NCBI GenBank assembly: GCA_041640655.1
Contig: JBEPZV010000001.1
Span: 64,001 to 128,000, forward strand
Length of the DNA stretch: 64,000 bases
Direction of reading: 5' to 3'
DNA from: a bacterium
GTDB taxonomy: Bacteria > Acidobacteriota > Blastocatellia > HR10
A model generated the notes under the pieces. That model ran no database searches and was not told where the DNA came from. It was given only the letters and a program-made list of their open reading frames with translations. How positions within the stretch are numbered: position 1 is the first letter of the stretch; the number at the start of each line of letters is the position of its first letter. The translations under genes were made by a program, and so were the position numbers. This document shows, piece by piece, positions 31,701 through 41,135 of the stretch.

Positions 31701-32078
31701 TATGAGTGGCGCAGCGGCGGTGACTTCGACAACATCTTGGAGCTCTCCGATCTGAAGCTCCAGATCAACGTGGACCCGCTCATCGACCTCCAAAACGACC
31801 CGTGACGCGATGGCTTTCTTGAAGCCCGGGTGCTCGGCCGTCACTTCGTAGATCCCGACCGGGAGCAAGCTGATCACGAAGTTCCCCATCTCATCGGTGC
31901 GGGTTTGGCGGATCAGCCCAGTCGCCGTATTGCGCACGACCACGAGGACGTTAGGGACAACGGCTCCACTCGGATCTCGAACCGTTCCGGTGATGGCTCC
32001 CCGAGCCTGAGCGTGGACGATCCCGGTTACTCCAAAAGTTAAAAGCAGGAACGACAGAATCCATGCTGACCTTCTCAT
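28755..32078 (-). CDS. Oar-like TonB-dependent receptor
   Basis: Signal, GTVRDPSGA, LPLNARN, TKSGSNEFHG, RQIQFGLKYIF. Confidence 0.93.
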   Translation of the reverse strand: MRRSAWILSFLLLTFGVTGIVHAQARGAITGTVRDPSGAVVPNVLVVVRNTATGLIRQTRTDEMGNFVISLLPVGIYEVTAEHPGFKKAIASRVVLEVDERVHVDLELQIGELQDVVEVTAAAPLIQTGTSEVGSVIEERRVTELPLNARNFLQLALLAPGAVAAAQETGASRFTVSGGGLTVNINGGRDDQNGYLIDGVSNADPSFNNMNIPISVEAIQEFKVKGSLYSAEYGNLSGGQISVSTKSGSNEFHGAAFEFLRNDALDARNFFDPKKVPPFRQNQFGFSLGGRLIKDRTFFFGNYEGLRIRQSLTETSTLPTERMLRGDFSGLPPIFDPLTTRRDPNDPSRIIRDPFPGNIIPRERIHPASAFLASLLPRVQQAGVQNFISVGTRRNDRDQFTIRVDHRLSEKDSLFVRFTLSDTRTQEPFAPNFLSAAPPAPPGFGIFFDAFSRNLAISETHVFTPNLVNEFRFGFNRANTVRRPEHRDVDFFGMFKIPGTSREPRDFGLPPISVAGFSDFGDTDIASPFDFLTNHFQWTDNLAWTRGTHTFKFGVDVWRQQFYHTFDLFIRGWFQFSGGFTADPRNPANTGNGFADFLLGIPTLNIGSVGGNTRGHSFIWATNFYIHDDWKVTPRLTMNLGLRYEFWRPPLTREPRAAVDFRTGTLIINRDQLPPGLDRFRAQGIRFATFREAGWPRTLVDSDKDNWGPRFGFAYDLTGKGRTVLRGGAGWFFATRTLAGTHAQTQANIPFYGTSAAVNLGVGGLVGAALLPTLSWENAFTAISVPNAGNTTERHFPLGDVYQWSLNLQHQLTGSLALEIGYIGSVGHKLDRILRGNQRIAGRGDPNPPRPFPQLGDFILFGGGGNSHYEALALKAEQRFAKGFSFVASYTFSRSIDTVSNGFESGGVNAPPQDSYCPNRCERGLSNFHAKHRFVLSYVYELPLGRGRRFLTNAPALVDHLLGGWQLSGVLTLQSGQPLTPSFQVDPSGTGYTFTRPDQVCDPNENAPRRPEKWFRTECFRRQPPSFFGNAGRNTVIGPPFRNWDFAVLKNLRIRETHQVQFRAEFFNFLNNTNFKLPNRVFDSPNFGRIFGAHFSRQIQFGLKYIF

Positions 32079-32105
32079 TGTGACCTCCTGAAGGTAAGGA
32101 TCAAC

Positions 32106-32846
32106 TCACGGTCTGTCGGACACAGAGGCCGCCCCGAAAGTCTCGCGCAGGTTGGCCTCCACGATCTCTTTCAGATTGGCCGCCTCCAGAGCATCCTCCA
32201 ACATCTTTTGGTATGCTCGCTCAGGATCACGACGTCGAATCGCCTCAAAGATCTCGCGGTGATGCCGGAGAACACGCTCGTTATGCTCTCTCGGAGGAAG
32301 GATCTTCACAATCTGTTCGGTCAGGAGCACACGCGTCGATTCGGAGATGAGCGCCAGCACGCGATTCTTCGAGGCTCGAGCGACCAAATCGTGGAATTTG
32401 CTGCTCTCGACCACCGTGAGCGCGCTTTCGGTCGCCGCCTCTGCTTGCAAAAGGGATTGCTCCATCTCTGCTATTTCCTCTTCGGTGGCATACCGAGCCG
32501 CCAGCTCGGCCAGGGGTGGTTCAATGATCTGCCACGTCTGCACGAGCTCATCAAAGGAGATCTGACGCAGGATGAACATACTCGCGATGGAGGTCTTGAT
32601 GTGATCTGTTCCCGGCAAGCGAACATAAGCCCCACCCCTAGGACCCAATCTGCGCTCGATGAATTGAAGGGTTTCCAAGGATCGCAGGGCTTCTCGCACT
32701 GCGACGCGGCTGACGCCAAACATCTTCGCCAACTCCCGTTCCGGAGGAAGCCGTTCCCCCGGCTTGATCTTACCTGAAAGGATCGCGTACCGAATTTGAT
32801 CGGCCACGAGTAGGTAAACGTCCTTTATGGTAATTTTCTCAAACAT
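32106..32846 (-). CDS. GntR/FadR-family regulator (wHTH + FCD)
   Basis: LPPERELAKMFGVSRVAVREAL, FHDLV..N, HREIFEAI; alternative start at 32864. Confidence 0.92.
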   Translation of the reverse strand: MFEKITIKDVYLLVADQIRYAILSGKIKPGERLPPERELAKMFGVSRVAVREALRSLETLQFIERRLGPRGGAYVRLPGTDHIKTSIASMFILRQISFDELVQTWQIIEPPLAELAARYATEEEIAEMEQSLLQAEAATESALTVVESSKFHDLVARASKNRVLALISESTRVLLTEQIVKILPPREHNERVLRHHREIFEAIRRRDPERAYQKMLEDALEAANLKEIVEANLRETFGAASVSDRP

Positions 32847-32852
32847 ATTGTT

Positions 32853-32863
32853 TGGTCCTACCA
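32853..32863. promoter_or_regulatory. FadR-type operator
   Basis: TGGT-CCT-ACCA palindrome just downstream of the -10 box. Confidence 0.7.
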
Positions 32864-32875
32864 TAATCCGGTAGT

Positions 32876-32905
32876 ATTATAATCCGAGCAGATCGAAGTT
32901 GTCAA
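32876..32905 (-). promoter_or_regulatory. Consensus sigma70 promoter of the first hydantoin operon
   Basis: TTGACA-N18-TATAAT on the minus strand. Confidence 0.8.
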
Positions 32906-32910
32906 GCCCC

Positions 32911-34000
32911 TGCATTCGTCCAGTACCTTTGGCACTCGGGATGATAAATGAGGAGTCATTTTACCGGAGGCATGAGGCCGAGTCGATGGTGAGGGATGAG
33001 GGTGTTGTAAGCGATGAGCCAATCGGCGAGGTTCTTGTTGAAGAGGGTGAGGTCGGGAAAGATCCTCGTGTCAGTCGATGAACTGTTCCTGGATGGTGCG
33101 GTTGAAGCGCTCGGCATGGGCATTCATCTTCGGGCTTTTTGGGTAAGTCCAGTAGTGGGTCGGTCCCAGGTGTTGGAGGATCTGGTCGAAGGCCCCCTTG
33201 AACTCGGAGCCGTTGTCCGACAGGAACAGGATCTGGCGGGCAGTATCCTGGGTAAGTCCGGCCACGAGCGCCTCGGCCGCGCGGGCGGTGTGGCGGGCGT
33301 GTTTGCTGGGAAGGGCCACGGCGAAGGCGATAGCCAAGACGGGGTCGATGGCGGTGAGCACAGAGCGCCGGATGCCATCGCGCACTCGTTCGATAGTGTC
33401 TACGGCCCACAGGGTGAGCGGTGGGGCTTTGAGATCTTCTGGCTTTCTGGCCTTGCGTTCTTGGCGCAGGGGTTTTGGTCGGCCCCGGGCATCCAGGCGC
33501 TCTTGGCAAAAGCGCATTTTGCCTGGCGCGCGGGCCATGATCCGGCCGATCGTGCAGACCGAGGGCCGTGCCACGCCCTGCGCCTTACCCCAAGGGGCGA
33601 GCAGGACATGGAGGTTTTCCTTTCCCAGGTTGGGATAAAGGGTGCGCAGCCGTCGGATCTCAGCCACGAGCCGTGGGTCGGTTTGAGGCGCCCGGCGTCG
33701 CTTGGGCGCCGAGGACTTCGCGGCCAGCGCCGCAGGGTTGCCTCCGGCAGCATGCAGCGCTCTTTTCCAGCGGGAGAGGGTTCTTCGGGAAACCCCAAAG
33801 GCATCTACCGTCGCAGCCAGGCCGTGCTTGTCAAAGAACTGGAGGATTCTGAGTCGTTCCTGGGCATCTTTGGGGGTCATCTCCCAAAGATGTCCCAAAG
33901 AGGCCACCTGGTAACCCCCCGGACTCGGTACCCAACCCGATGAGCTTGCATGGCACTCCCCCCTCTCCAAAGGAGTGCCAAAGGTTTCTGAACTTATGCA
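32911..34000 (-). mobile_element. IS481-like insertion sequence, about 1.09 kb
   Basis: Imperfect terminal inverted repeats TGCATTCGTCCAGTACCTTTGGCACTC (32911-32937) and GAGTGCCAAAGGTTTCTGAACTTATGCA (33973-34000); no clear target duplication. Confidence 0.8.
33071..33970 (-). pseudogene. rve/DDE transposase, frameshifted near the C-terminus
   Basis: HTH FGVSRRTL, AVDT, SDNGSEF, ERFNRT; C-terminus FNKNLADWLIAYN continues in another frame and contains a stop. Confidence 0.85.
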
Positions 34001-34016
34001 TTGGTCAAGTAAACGG

Positions 34017-34059
34017 TGTCAACGCCTTGTCAACGCCCTGTCAACGCTCTGCCAAAAAG
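34017..34059. repeat. Three and a half 11-bp tandem direct repeats (TGTCAACGCnn)
   Basis: TGTCAACGCCT / TGTCAACGCCC / TGTCAACGCTC / TGCCAAAAAG. Confidence 0.8.
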
Positions 34060-34199
34060 TGAAAAATGTGAAGCACACAGAAATCCGCCCGCCTCCTAAC
34101 CCATTGAACACCAATGACTTCACAATTCCACCCCAAGCCCTCCAAAATCATCCTGATTCTTTTTGCCCATGTCACACAAAACAAAAAAAAGGAGGAAGT

Positions 34200-34800
34200 C
34201 TATAGAGGAGGAACGGTGGGCCATCGCCGGTTCCGGCAGTGGGTGCGAACCGGAGTGCTGGAACTGATCCTCCAAACCTTGGCGCAAGATCTTAAAGAGC
34301 GCGGCTGGCTGAACCTGGAGGAGTGCTTCATCAACAGCACCTTCATATCCGCAAAAAAAAGGGCGAGGATTGGCGCGACCAAGCGGGGCAAGGGTTCGAA
34401 GGTCATAGCAGTGGCAAACCGCGCTGGTCTTCCTCTCGCCACTTGGGTTGCAAGCGCTTCGCCGCGTGAGGCCATACTCATGGAGCCGACCCTGCAAGCC
34501 CGCGGGGAGGTGCCCCAGCGCGTGATCGGCGACCGCGCCTATCAGAGCGATCCGCTGGACGAGCGCTTGGCCGCCCAAGGGATCGCGATGATCGCCCCAC
34601 ATCGCCGAAACCGCACGAAGCCCCAAGATGGCCGACCGCTGCGGCAGTGCCGACGCCGCTCGCAAGGTGGAGCGGCCCCTTCGCCCGGGTGGCAGACTTC
34701 CCGTCCTCTTCTGGTCCGCTACGAACGCCATCTGGCACACTACCTCGGCTTTGTCCATGTGGACTGCATCATCCACGGAGTTTTTGAGCTGACTTCTTAA
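34200..34800 (+). pseudogene. Decayed IS5-family transposase, 5' truncated
   Basis: HRRFRQWVRTG, ECFINSTF, TKRGKGSK, GDRAY.SD, LLVRYER; A-run at about 34353; probable catalytic Asp replaced by Asn. Confidence 0.8.
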
Positions 34801-34906
34801 ACACTCTTAGTCTGCCAGATCCCGTAAGCTTACCTTGGGATCCTTGATTCTCTCTCACCATAGCGCTACATTTTTTCACCTCGAAGCCAAAGAATGGGGG
34901 GATCCA

Positions 34907-35875
34907 ATGCCACTTAAATTCTACATCGAACCGCATAGCCCAATTCCGCTCCACGCACAGATCATCGACCGTATTCGACTCGCCCTGTTGACAGGAGAGC
35001 TGCGACCTGGTGACACGCTACCCTCTATCCGAGATGTCGAAAGAGAGTGTGGAGCGAGCCGCAATATTGTGCGGCGGGCGTATTTGGAGCTAGAAGCTTA
35101 CGGGCTCTTAAAGCTTAAACATGGCAAGGGAGTCATCGTCCACGACGATCTTCCTCACTTAACGAACAAGGTACTCGCCCACCGTAGTCAGAAACTTTGC
35201 CAAGAGGTACTATCTAAGGTCAAGGCCATCGGCCTCGTCGGATCCTCCTTCGCTCGCATGTTGTACCACGTTGCTTTGGCAGATGAACGGTCGCGGCAGC
35301 AGTTTTTTTACGTGGACATCACGGGACCATTGGCCCAAGAGCGCGCCGCTCAGATCAGTCGCGCTTGGCAAATCACTATTGTTGGATTGGCTATTAAGGA
35401 TATAGGTGTGTTGGAGCAAATCAGGCGGGAGACCCCTCTCAAGGTCTTCACTAACTTCTATAGATATGGTGAAGTGGCCAAACTCCTCAGCTATCCCAAT
35501 GTAGATCTCATCCCAGTCGCCTTGAAGTTCAGCAAGGAGATGGAAGCAGAGATTGACCGTCTTCGCGAAGGCTCGATCGTGGAGATCGTCCTTGATGAAC
35601 GGGACTTTTCCAGCTATGGAGGGTTGATCCTAGAGAACTATCAGCACGCCTTTGCTTCTAAGAAGCTATTCTTCAGGGTCAGAGCAATGACAACCATCGC
35701 TGATCTGAAAAATAGATTGAGATCGGGGAATTGCCACATGCTCATCATCAGCAATCGGCTGTGGGATCAACTGCCGGAAGACGTGAAACGCTTGAGGATG
35801 GTCACCTACCCTAAGATGGAGTTCGATGCTCGCGCTTCAGAACCTGCTCGACTTCGAGCAGGAATTATACTCTAA
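34907..35875 (+). CDS. GntR-family regulator (YtrA-like wHTH with extended C-terminal domain)
   Basis: SPIPLHAQI, LRPGDTLPSIRD, VRRAYLEL, HGKGV. Confidence 0.85.
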   Translation: MPLKFYIEPHSPIPLHAQIIDRIRLALLTGELRPGDTLPSIRDVERECGASRNIVRRAYLELEAYGLLKLKHGKGVIVHDDLPHLTNKVLAHRSQKLCQEVLSKVKAIGLVGSSFARMLYHVALADERSRQQFFYVDITGPLAQERAAQISRAWQITIVGLAIKDIGVLEQIRRETPLKVFTNFYRYGEVAKLLSYPNVDLIPVALKFSKEMEAEIDRLREGSIVEIVLDERDFSSYGGLILENYQHAFASKKLFFRVRAMTTIADLKNRLRSGNCHMLIISNRLWDQLPEDVKRLRMVTYPKMEFDARASEPARLRAGIIL

Positions 35876-35942
35876 TATGCTCGCTTGACTTCAAGGAGCG
35901 CGCAGTATCGCGCCTCACATTGCTTGGCCTCACTCAAGTGAT

Positions 35943-36365
35943 TTAAATTAACACATTTTCCCCACTCATATACACCTCCACTCGCTTGAACTTTCCCTGC
36001 TCGAGGTAGAAGAAATTGCAGTTGCTCATATTGACCTGACGACCGTCCGTTCCTACAAGGACGACGTTGAATTGCGCCGCACATCTCTCGCGCTCAGTAT
36101 CCACCACATGGGAGAAGTCCTTATGGACCATGAAGTTATAGTTATTGAAGAGGTTCTCGAACATCCGCTTGATCCCCGTATCGCGACCCACGTGAGTCGT
36201 AACAGCCAGTTGAGGGCGCCCCTCCTGCATGGCCACCGATCGGATTATGAACACAGCATCCGGACAAAAGCACTCCAACGTGGCAGCCAAATCCCTGCGA
36301 TCTACGCTTCCGAAATACTTCTCTTCTACCATCTGAACGTAATATTCGTAAGGATAACTTCCCAT
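35943..36365 (-). CDS. SnoaL/NTF2-like protein
   Basis: YFGSVD...FCPDA, HVGRD.GI, NCNFF, FKRVEVY; GGAGG RBS. Confidence 0.75.
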   Translation of the reverse strand: MGSYPYEYYVQMVEEKYFGSVDRRDLAATLECFCPDAVFIIRSVAMQEGRPQLAVTTHVGRDTGIKRMFENLFNNYNFMVHKDFSHVVDTERERCAAQFNVVLVGTDGRQVNMSNCNFFYLEQGKFKRVEVYMSGENVLI

Positions 36366-36496
36366 ATAAGCCACCTCCTGGCGAGGGTATCTCCATTATT
36401 GGGCCTCACAAAGAGCTCGTAACAGAGAAAGAGCCCATCGCACGCAGAGATGCTTCCTACTGAGCGTTTCGCGTTTCATCAACTCTGTGAGGCTCA

Positions 36497-37381
36497 TTAA
36501 GACGTCACCATCATCTCCCGTGCCAAAATGGTTCGTGCCAGTTCAGCGCAGGCGAGCAATCGCTCATAATCAATCCCGGTTCGAATCCCCATCTCATGAA
36601 ACATCAGCACAAGCTTCTCGGTGGCGACATTCCCGGTCGCGCCTGGACTAAAGGGACAACCGCCAAGCCCACCAATGGAGGCATCAAAAATCGTAATGCC
36701 CGCCTGGAGGGCAGCATAGGCGTTTACTAACGCCATGTGTCGCGTATCATGAAAATGCACCGATAACGCTCGAGCTGGCCACCGCTGACAAGCACGGGTT
36801 AACAGGTCACCAGTCTGCACCGGATTCGCACATCCAATTGTATCTGCGAATGTCACCTCATCGCTTCCCATGTCAAAAAGTGTCTCGGCGATCTCCATCA
36901 CACGCCCCACGGGGACTCGCCCCTCATAAGGACAACCAAAGGACGCACTGATTATCCCACGAACCCAGAGCCCATCTGCTTTGGCCCTCGCGATAATCAG
37001 CTCAAACTGGCGGAGCGATTCCACAACAGACATGCCAACGTTCTTTTGATTGAGCGCCTCAGTTGCAGCGACCACCAGCGTGATATCCGTGAGGGCCGGG
37101 CACCGCCGGGCTCGTTCATAGCCCTTCTCGTTCGGGATGAGGGCCATGAGCCTCGTGCCCTCCGGAACCTCAAGACGCGAGAGCACCTCCTCGGCGTCCT
37201 TCAACTGTGGGATCACCTTCGGATGCACGAATGACGTCACTTCGATCCTTCGGATACCAGCCCATATAAGCTTGTGGATCAACTCAACCTTCTGCGACGT
37301 CGGCACTTCCACAGCTAAGTTCTGCAGTCCATCACGAGGACCTACGTCCACAATCTCTACTGCTTCTGGCAATGGGTTCAT
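36497..37381 (-). CDS. HMG-CoA lyase family protein
   Basis: VGPRDGLQN, FGCPYEG, DTIG, HFHDT, GLGGCPF..GATGNVATE. Confidence 0.92.
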   Translation of the reverse strand: MNPLPEAVEIVDVGPRDGLQNLAVEVPTSQKVELIHKLIWAGIRRIEVTSFVHPKVIPQLKDAEEVLSRLEVPEGTRLMALIPNEKGYERARRCPALTDITLVVAATEALNQKNVGMSVVESLRQFELIIARAKADGLWVRGIISASFGCPYEGRVPVGRVMEIAETLFDMGSDEVTFADTIGCANPVQTGDLLTRACQRWPARALSVHFHDTRHMALVNAYAALQAGITIFDASIGGLGGCPFSPGATGNVATEKLVLMFHEMGIRTGIDYERLLACAELARTILAREMMVTS

Positions 37382-38586
37382 CAAATCACCCCCTCCTCAT
37401 GTAAGGTGTTCAACTCTTTGTCACTTAATCCTAACAGGCCTCTGAAGATCTCCTCATTGTGCGCTCCTATCGGCGGGCCAATCCATTTCGTAACCCCAGG
37501 CGTCTCACTCAAGAAAGGAAGAATCCGCGGAATTTTCAACGGCTCTCCGTCCGGAAGAACTACCTCCTCGAACAAGCCGCGTGCAATGAAATGCGGATCT
37601 CTGACGATCTCAGCAATGCTGTAGATGGGCCCACACGGAACACCTGCTACTTCCAGCGTTTCAAAAACCTCCTGGAAAGTGTGCTCCCGGGTCCATTCCT
37701 CGATCGCCCGATCTATCATCTCCTCATGTTCGACGCGCCCGTCATTGTGCGCGAGCTTCGGATCTTCAGCCAAATCTGCTCTCCCTATGGCGTACATCAA
37801 CCGCTTGAAAATCGTATCTCCATTACCGCCGATCACGATGTACTTGCCATCCCCACATCTGTAAGTGTTCGTTGGAACGATTCCAGATAGTTTAGCTCCC
37901 TCTCGCTCACGAACATATCCCAGCTTATCATACTCCGGTAATAAGCTCTCCATCACGTTAAAGACCGCTTCATAAATGGCGACGTCCACCATCTGTCCCC
38001 GTCCGCTACCGATAACGTCCCTGTAGTAAACCGCTATCAGAGCTCCCAAGGCCGCATGCAAACCCGCCAGCGTGTCCCCGAGACTCAGATTCGGACGCAC
38101 CGGAGGGCGATCAGGATAACCGGTCACGTATCGAAGCCCCCCCATCGCTTCAGCCACGCTGGCATATCCCGGCCGATGCGAATACGGTCCTGTTTGTCCC
38201 CACCCAGAAACCCGAACCATAATCAATCGCGGATTCAGCGCTCGCAAATGTTCCCACCCCAATCCCCACTTCTCCAACGTCCCCGGTTTGAAGTTCTCCA
38301 CGAGAATGTCCACGCGCTGAGCGAGTCGGCGAGCGATTTCCTGCCCTTTAGGATGTCGCAGATTCAACGTGATGCACTTCTTATTGCGCCCGAGGATGTA
38401 CCACCACAGCGCTGTCCCCTTATACACCTTCCGCCACCGTCGAAGCGGATCTCCAATCCCCGGCGGCTCGATCTTGATCACCTCGGCCCCAAAGGCGGCC
38501 AGGATAACACCCGCAAAAGGACCGGCCAGTAATTGACCCATCTCCAAAACCTTCAATCCCTGAAGGGGCATTCGCCTCTCGTCCAT
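37381..38586 (-). CDS. Family III (CaiB/BaiF) CoA-transferase
   Basis: LAGPF, VIKIE, RNKK, ENFKPG, GDTLAG. Confidence 0.93.
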   Translation of the reverse strand: MDERRMPLQGLKVLEMGQLLAGPFAGVILAAFGAEVIKIEPPGIGDPLRRWRKVYKGTALWWYILGRNKKCITLNLRHPKGQEIARRLAQRVDILVENFKPGTLEKWGLGWEHLRALNPRLIMVRVSGWGQTGPYSHRPGYASVAEAMGGLRYVTGYPDRPPVRPNLSLGDTLAGLHAALGALIAVYYRDVIGSGRGQMVDVAIYEAVFNVMESLLPEYDKLGYVREREGAKLSGIVPTNTYRCGDGKYIVIGGNGDTIFKRLMYAIGRADLAEDPKLAHNDGRVEHEEMIDRAIEEWTREHTFQEVFETLEVAGVPCGPIYSIAEIVRDPHFIARGLFEEVVLPDGEPLKIPRILPFLSETPGVTKWIGPPIGAHNEEIFRGLLGLSDKELNTLHEEGVI

Positions 38587-38616
38587 AGGGACACCCTCTC
38601 CGCAAACGCTCGTCCT

Positions 38617-39261
38617 TTAACGCTCCACCCCCGGCAATCCCATCAAGTACTCGAGCACCTCACCGAGAGAAACCACATCACCATATTTCGCATCGATGTC
38701 AAAGAGATTGGCCTCATGAGGACCAGGTGCTCGATCTCCAACCGCTTCGCGAACGACGATCGTGCGAAATCCGTGCTGGCAGCTGTCCACGGCCGAGGCA
38801 CGCACGCACCCGCTCGTCGTGCATCCCCCGATCACCACCGTGTCGCACCGAAGCGCCGTCAGGGTCGAAGTCAATGACGTCCCGAAAAACGCGCTCGCGT
38901 ATTTCTTCACAATCACATGCTCCCCGGGCTTGGGGGCAAGTCGTTCGTCAATTGCCGTCATGCGCGATCCTTTCTTCAATATGCTCAAGGATGGCACCTT
39001 CATCAGAAACACCCCCGCGTCCCGAAGGTCCTCTTCGTACTCCACTGTGGTGAAAAAAATAGGGACTCCCTTCCCCCGCGCCGCCATCAACAATTCTCGC
39101 GCCGCTTCCACTTCCGCGTCATAATTGGAGGCTAACGGCGAACTCGGATCCGTGAACGCCACAATGAAGTCCACGATCAATAGGGCCGGTCGCTCCCCAA
39201 AGCCAACCCGTCGCGCGAACCCCCGTTGCTCATAAAACCGACGAATCTCCACATCTCCCAT
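38617..39261 (-). CDS. Isochorismatase-family amidase (N-carbamoylsarcosine/maleamate amidase-like)
   Basis: ALLIVDF, KKYASAFFGT, TTSGCVRAS; alternative start at 39291. Confidence 0.9.
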   Translation of the reverse strand: MGDVEIRRFYEQRGFARRVGFGERPALLIVDFIVAFTDPSSPLASNYDAEVEAARELLMAARGKGVPIFFTTVEYEEDLRDAGVFLMKVPSLSILKKGSRMTAIDERLAPKPGEHVIVKKYASAFFGTSLTSTLTALRCDTVVIGGCTTSGCVRASAVDSCQHGFRTIVVREAVGDRAPGPHEANLFDIDAKYGDVVSLGEVLEYLMGLPGVER

Positions 39262-39294
39262 GAATGAGCTACCCTCCCTCCCCAAGACCATAAT

Positions 39295-41121
39295 CTAAGG
39301 ATCTGCCACCATCTCCTGCGGCACGCCTTCGACACGCCCCGCCTTGATCCCAATCGGCTCTGGTACCGGACCGAACGTGAAGATCGGAACAGGTCCTCGC
39401 CGCTGCCGCTTCTCCGCCCGAAGCTTCTCCGTCGTCTCCCAATCGATCTCAAATGTCACTGGGTCCAAGACCACCCCATAGTCCCGCTCCGCCTTCTCCC
39501 TGGAAACCAACCCGCGAATTACATCCATCCGTACCCGCTCGGCCGGACGATCTAGAGGATCCTTCCACCCCCCACCTCCAGCTGTTTGATAGATCAAGAT
39601 GTCCCCCTTACGCACAGGTACCTGACTGACCTTCGAAGGAAGAGGCACTCGCTCTCCTGTCGTCCGAATCAAAAGCTTGCGAGAACACTCTCCGGGAAGT
39701 CCCCCCAGAATCCCCCACGGCTTCGAACGCTCACGATCATCGTGAATGGCGATCTCTCCATCCGCCTCAAAGCGATAGACCTTATGCACCCCATTGCCTC
39801 CACGGTGGAACCCAGCTCCTCCCGAATCGATCAAAGAACCATATTCCAGAACCGTCAGTGGATAATAGTTCTCCAAATACTCTGTCGGAATGTTCTCAAA
39901 GAGCGGCCACCACGAATGCGCATCCAACCCATCATCCACCGGTCTCCCGGGGATCCCGCCGAAGGTGATCTCCATCAAATGGAAGAACTCCCCCCGCTCA
40001 TCGTAACCGTTATAGAGCAAGTATGGACTCGTCCCGTAGCCAGCCGCCGTTGACAGCTCCGGAGCATTTACTCCCAATGCCCCTCCGAGGACATCGAAGA
40101 GCCGCGCCAAGGCGTGCGTCCGACAGCCGAGCGCCGCTGGGAATTTAGGCCTCAACAAGGACCCCTCCGGCAAGATGATGTGCAAGAGCGGATAGAATCC
40201 ATCGTTGAACAGGATCTGCGGATCATAGACCATGATCAGATAGACGCCGATGAACATCTTGAACATTTCTTCGCTCAAGTAGAAGTTAATTGGCCCTGGT
40301 GCTTGCGGATCTGTCCCTGTCCAATCGAAATACCCATGATCCCCCTCGCGCCAAATGGTCAGCTTCATCTTATAGGGCCCATTGCCACGTCCATCATCGT
40401 CTACATAGTCCTCAAAACTCACCGGCTCCTCGGGTAAGTTCTTCACAATCAGCGCGCTCATCGCTCGATACGTTCGATCTAGCAACGCTTCGAATGCTTC
40501 CAGCACGACGTCCTTGCCAAAGCGATCACATAGTTCCTGCACGCGCTTCTCAGCCGTCCGACACCCGGCCACGATCGCCATCAGATCGAAATAGTTCATC
40601 GTCGGCGTCCGCGTGTTGTTCAGGATCAGATCGAGCACATCCTCATTGAGCTTCCCCTCCTCGAAGAGCTTCACCGGAGGAATCCGAACCCCCTCGCCGA
40701 AAATCGTCGTCGCATCCGTCGGCAAACTCCCCGGCACCGGCCCCCCCACGTCAAGCGTATGCCCGAATTGCGAAGCCCATCCTACGAGCTCACCATCATA
40801 GAAGATCGGCAGAAGCACCAACCAGTCATTGATATGCGAGATAGCGGCCTGGCATTTATATGGATCGCTCGTCAGGAAGATGTCACCCGGCCTGATCCCC
40901 CGCTTCCAATCCCGAATGAACCCAGCAATATATGAACCGAATTGTCCCACCACCATCCGCCCATCCGGCGTGCACACCATAGGGAACGCATCATGCTGTT
41001 CGCGGATCACAGGTGACATCGCCGAGCGAAAGACGACAGCATCCATCTCATACCGAATGTTCCGTAACGCATTTTCGATGATATCCAGCGTTATTGGATC
41101 AAGCTGGACCCTCGCCTTCAT
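39295..41121 (-). CDS. Hydantoinase B/oxoprolinase subunit
   Basis: DPITLDIIEN, SPVIREQHD, AGGGGW. Confidence 0.92.
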   Translation of the reverse strand: MKARVQLDPITLDIIENALRNIRYEMDAVVFRSAMSPVIREQHDAFPMVCTPDGRMVVGQFGSYIAGFIRDWKRGIRPGDIFLTSDPYKCQAAISHINDWLVLLPIFYDGELVGWASQFGHTLDVGGPVPGSLPTDATTIFGEGVRIPPVKLFEEGKLNEDVLDLILNNTRTPTMNYFDLMAIVAGCRTAEKRVQELCDRFGKDVVLEAFEALLDRTYRAMSALIVKNLPEEPVSFEDYVDDDGRGNGPYKMKLTIWREGDHGYFDWTGTDPQAPGPINFYLSEEMFKMFIGVYLIMVYDPQILFNDGFYPLLHIILPEGSLLRPKFPAALGCRTHALARLFDVLGGALGVNAPELSTAAGYGTSPYLLYNGYDERGEFFHLMEITFGGIPGRPVDDGLDAHSWWPLFENIPTEYLENYYPLTVLEYGSLIDSGGAGFHRGGNGVHKVYRFEADGEIAIHDDRERSKPWGILGGLPGECSRKLLIRTTGERVPLPSKVSQVPVRKGDILIYQTAGGGGWKDPLDRPAERVRMDVIRGLVSREKAERDYGVVLDPVTFEIDWETTEKLRAEKRQRRGPVPIFTFGPVPEPIGIKAGRVEGVPQEMVADP

Positions 41122-41135
41122 AATTTTCCTCCCAT

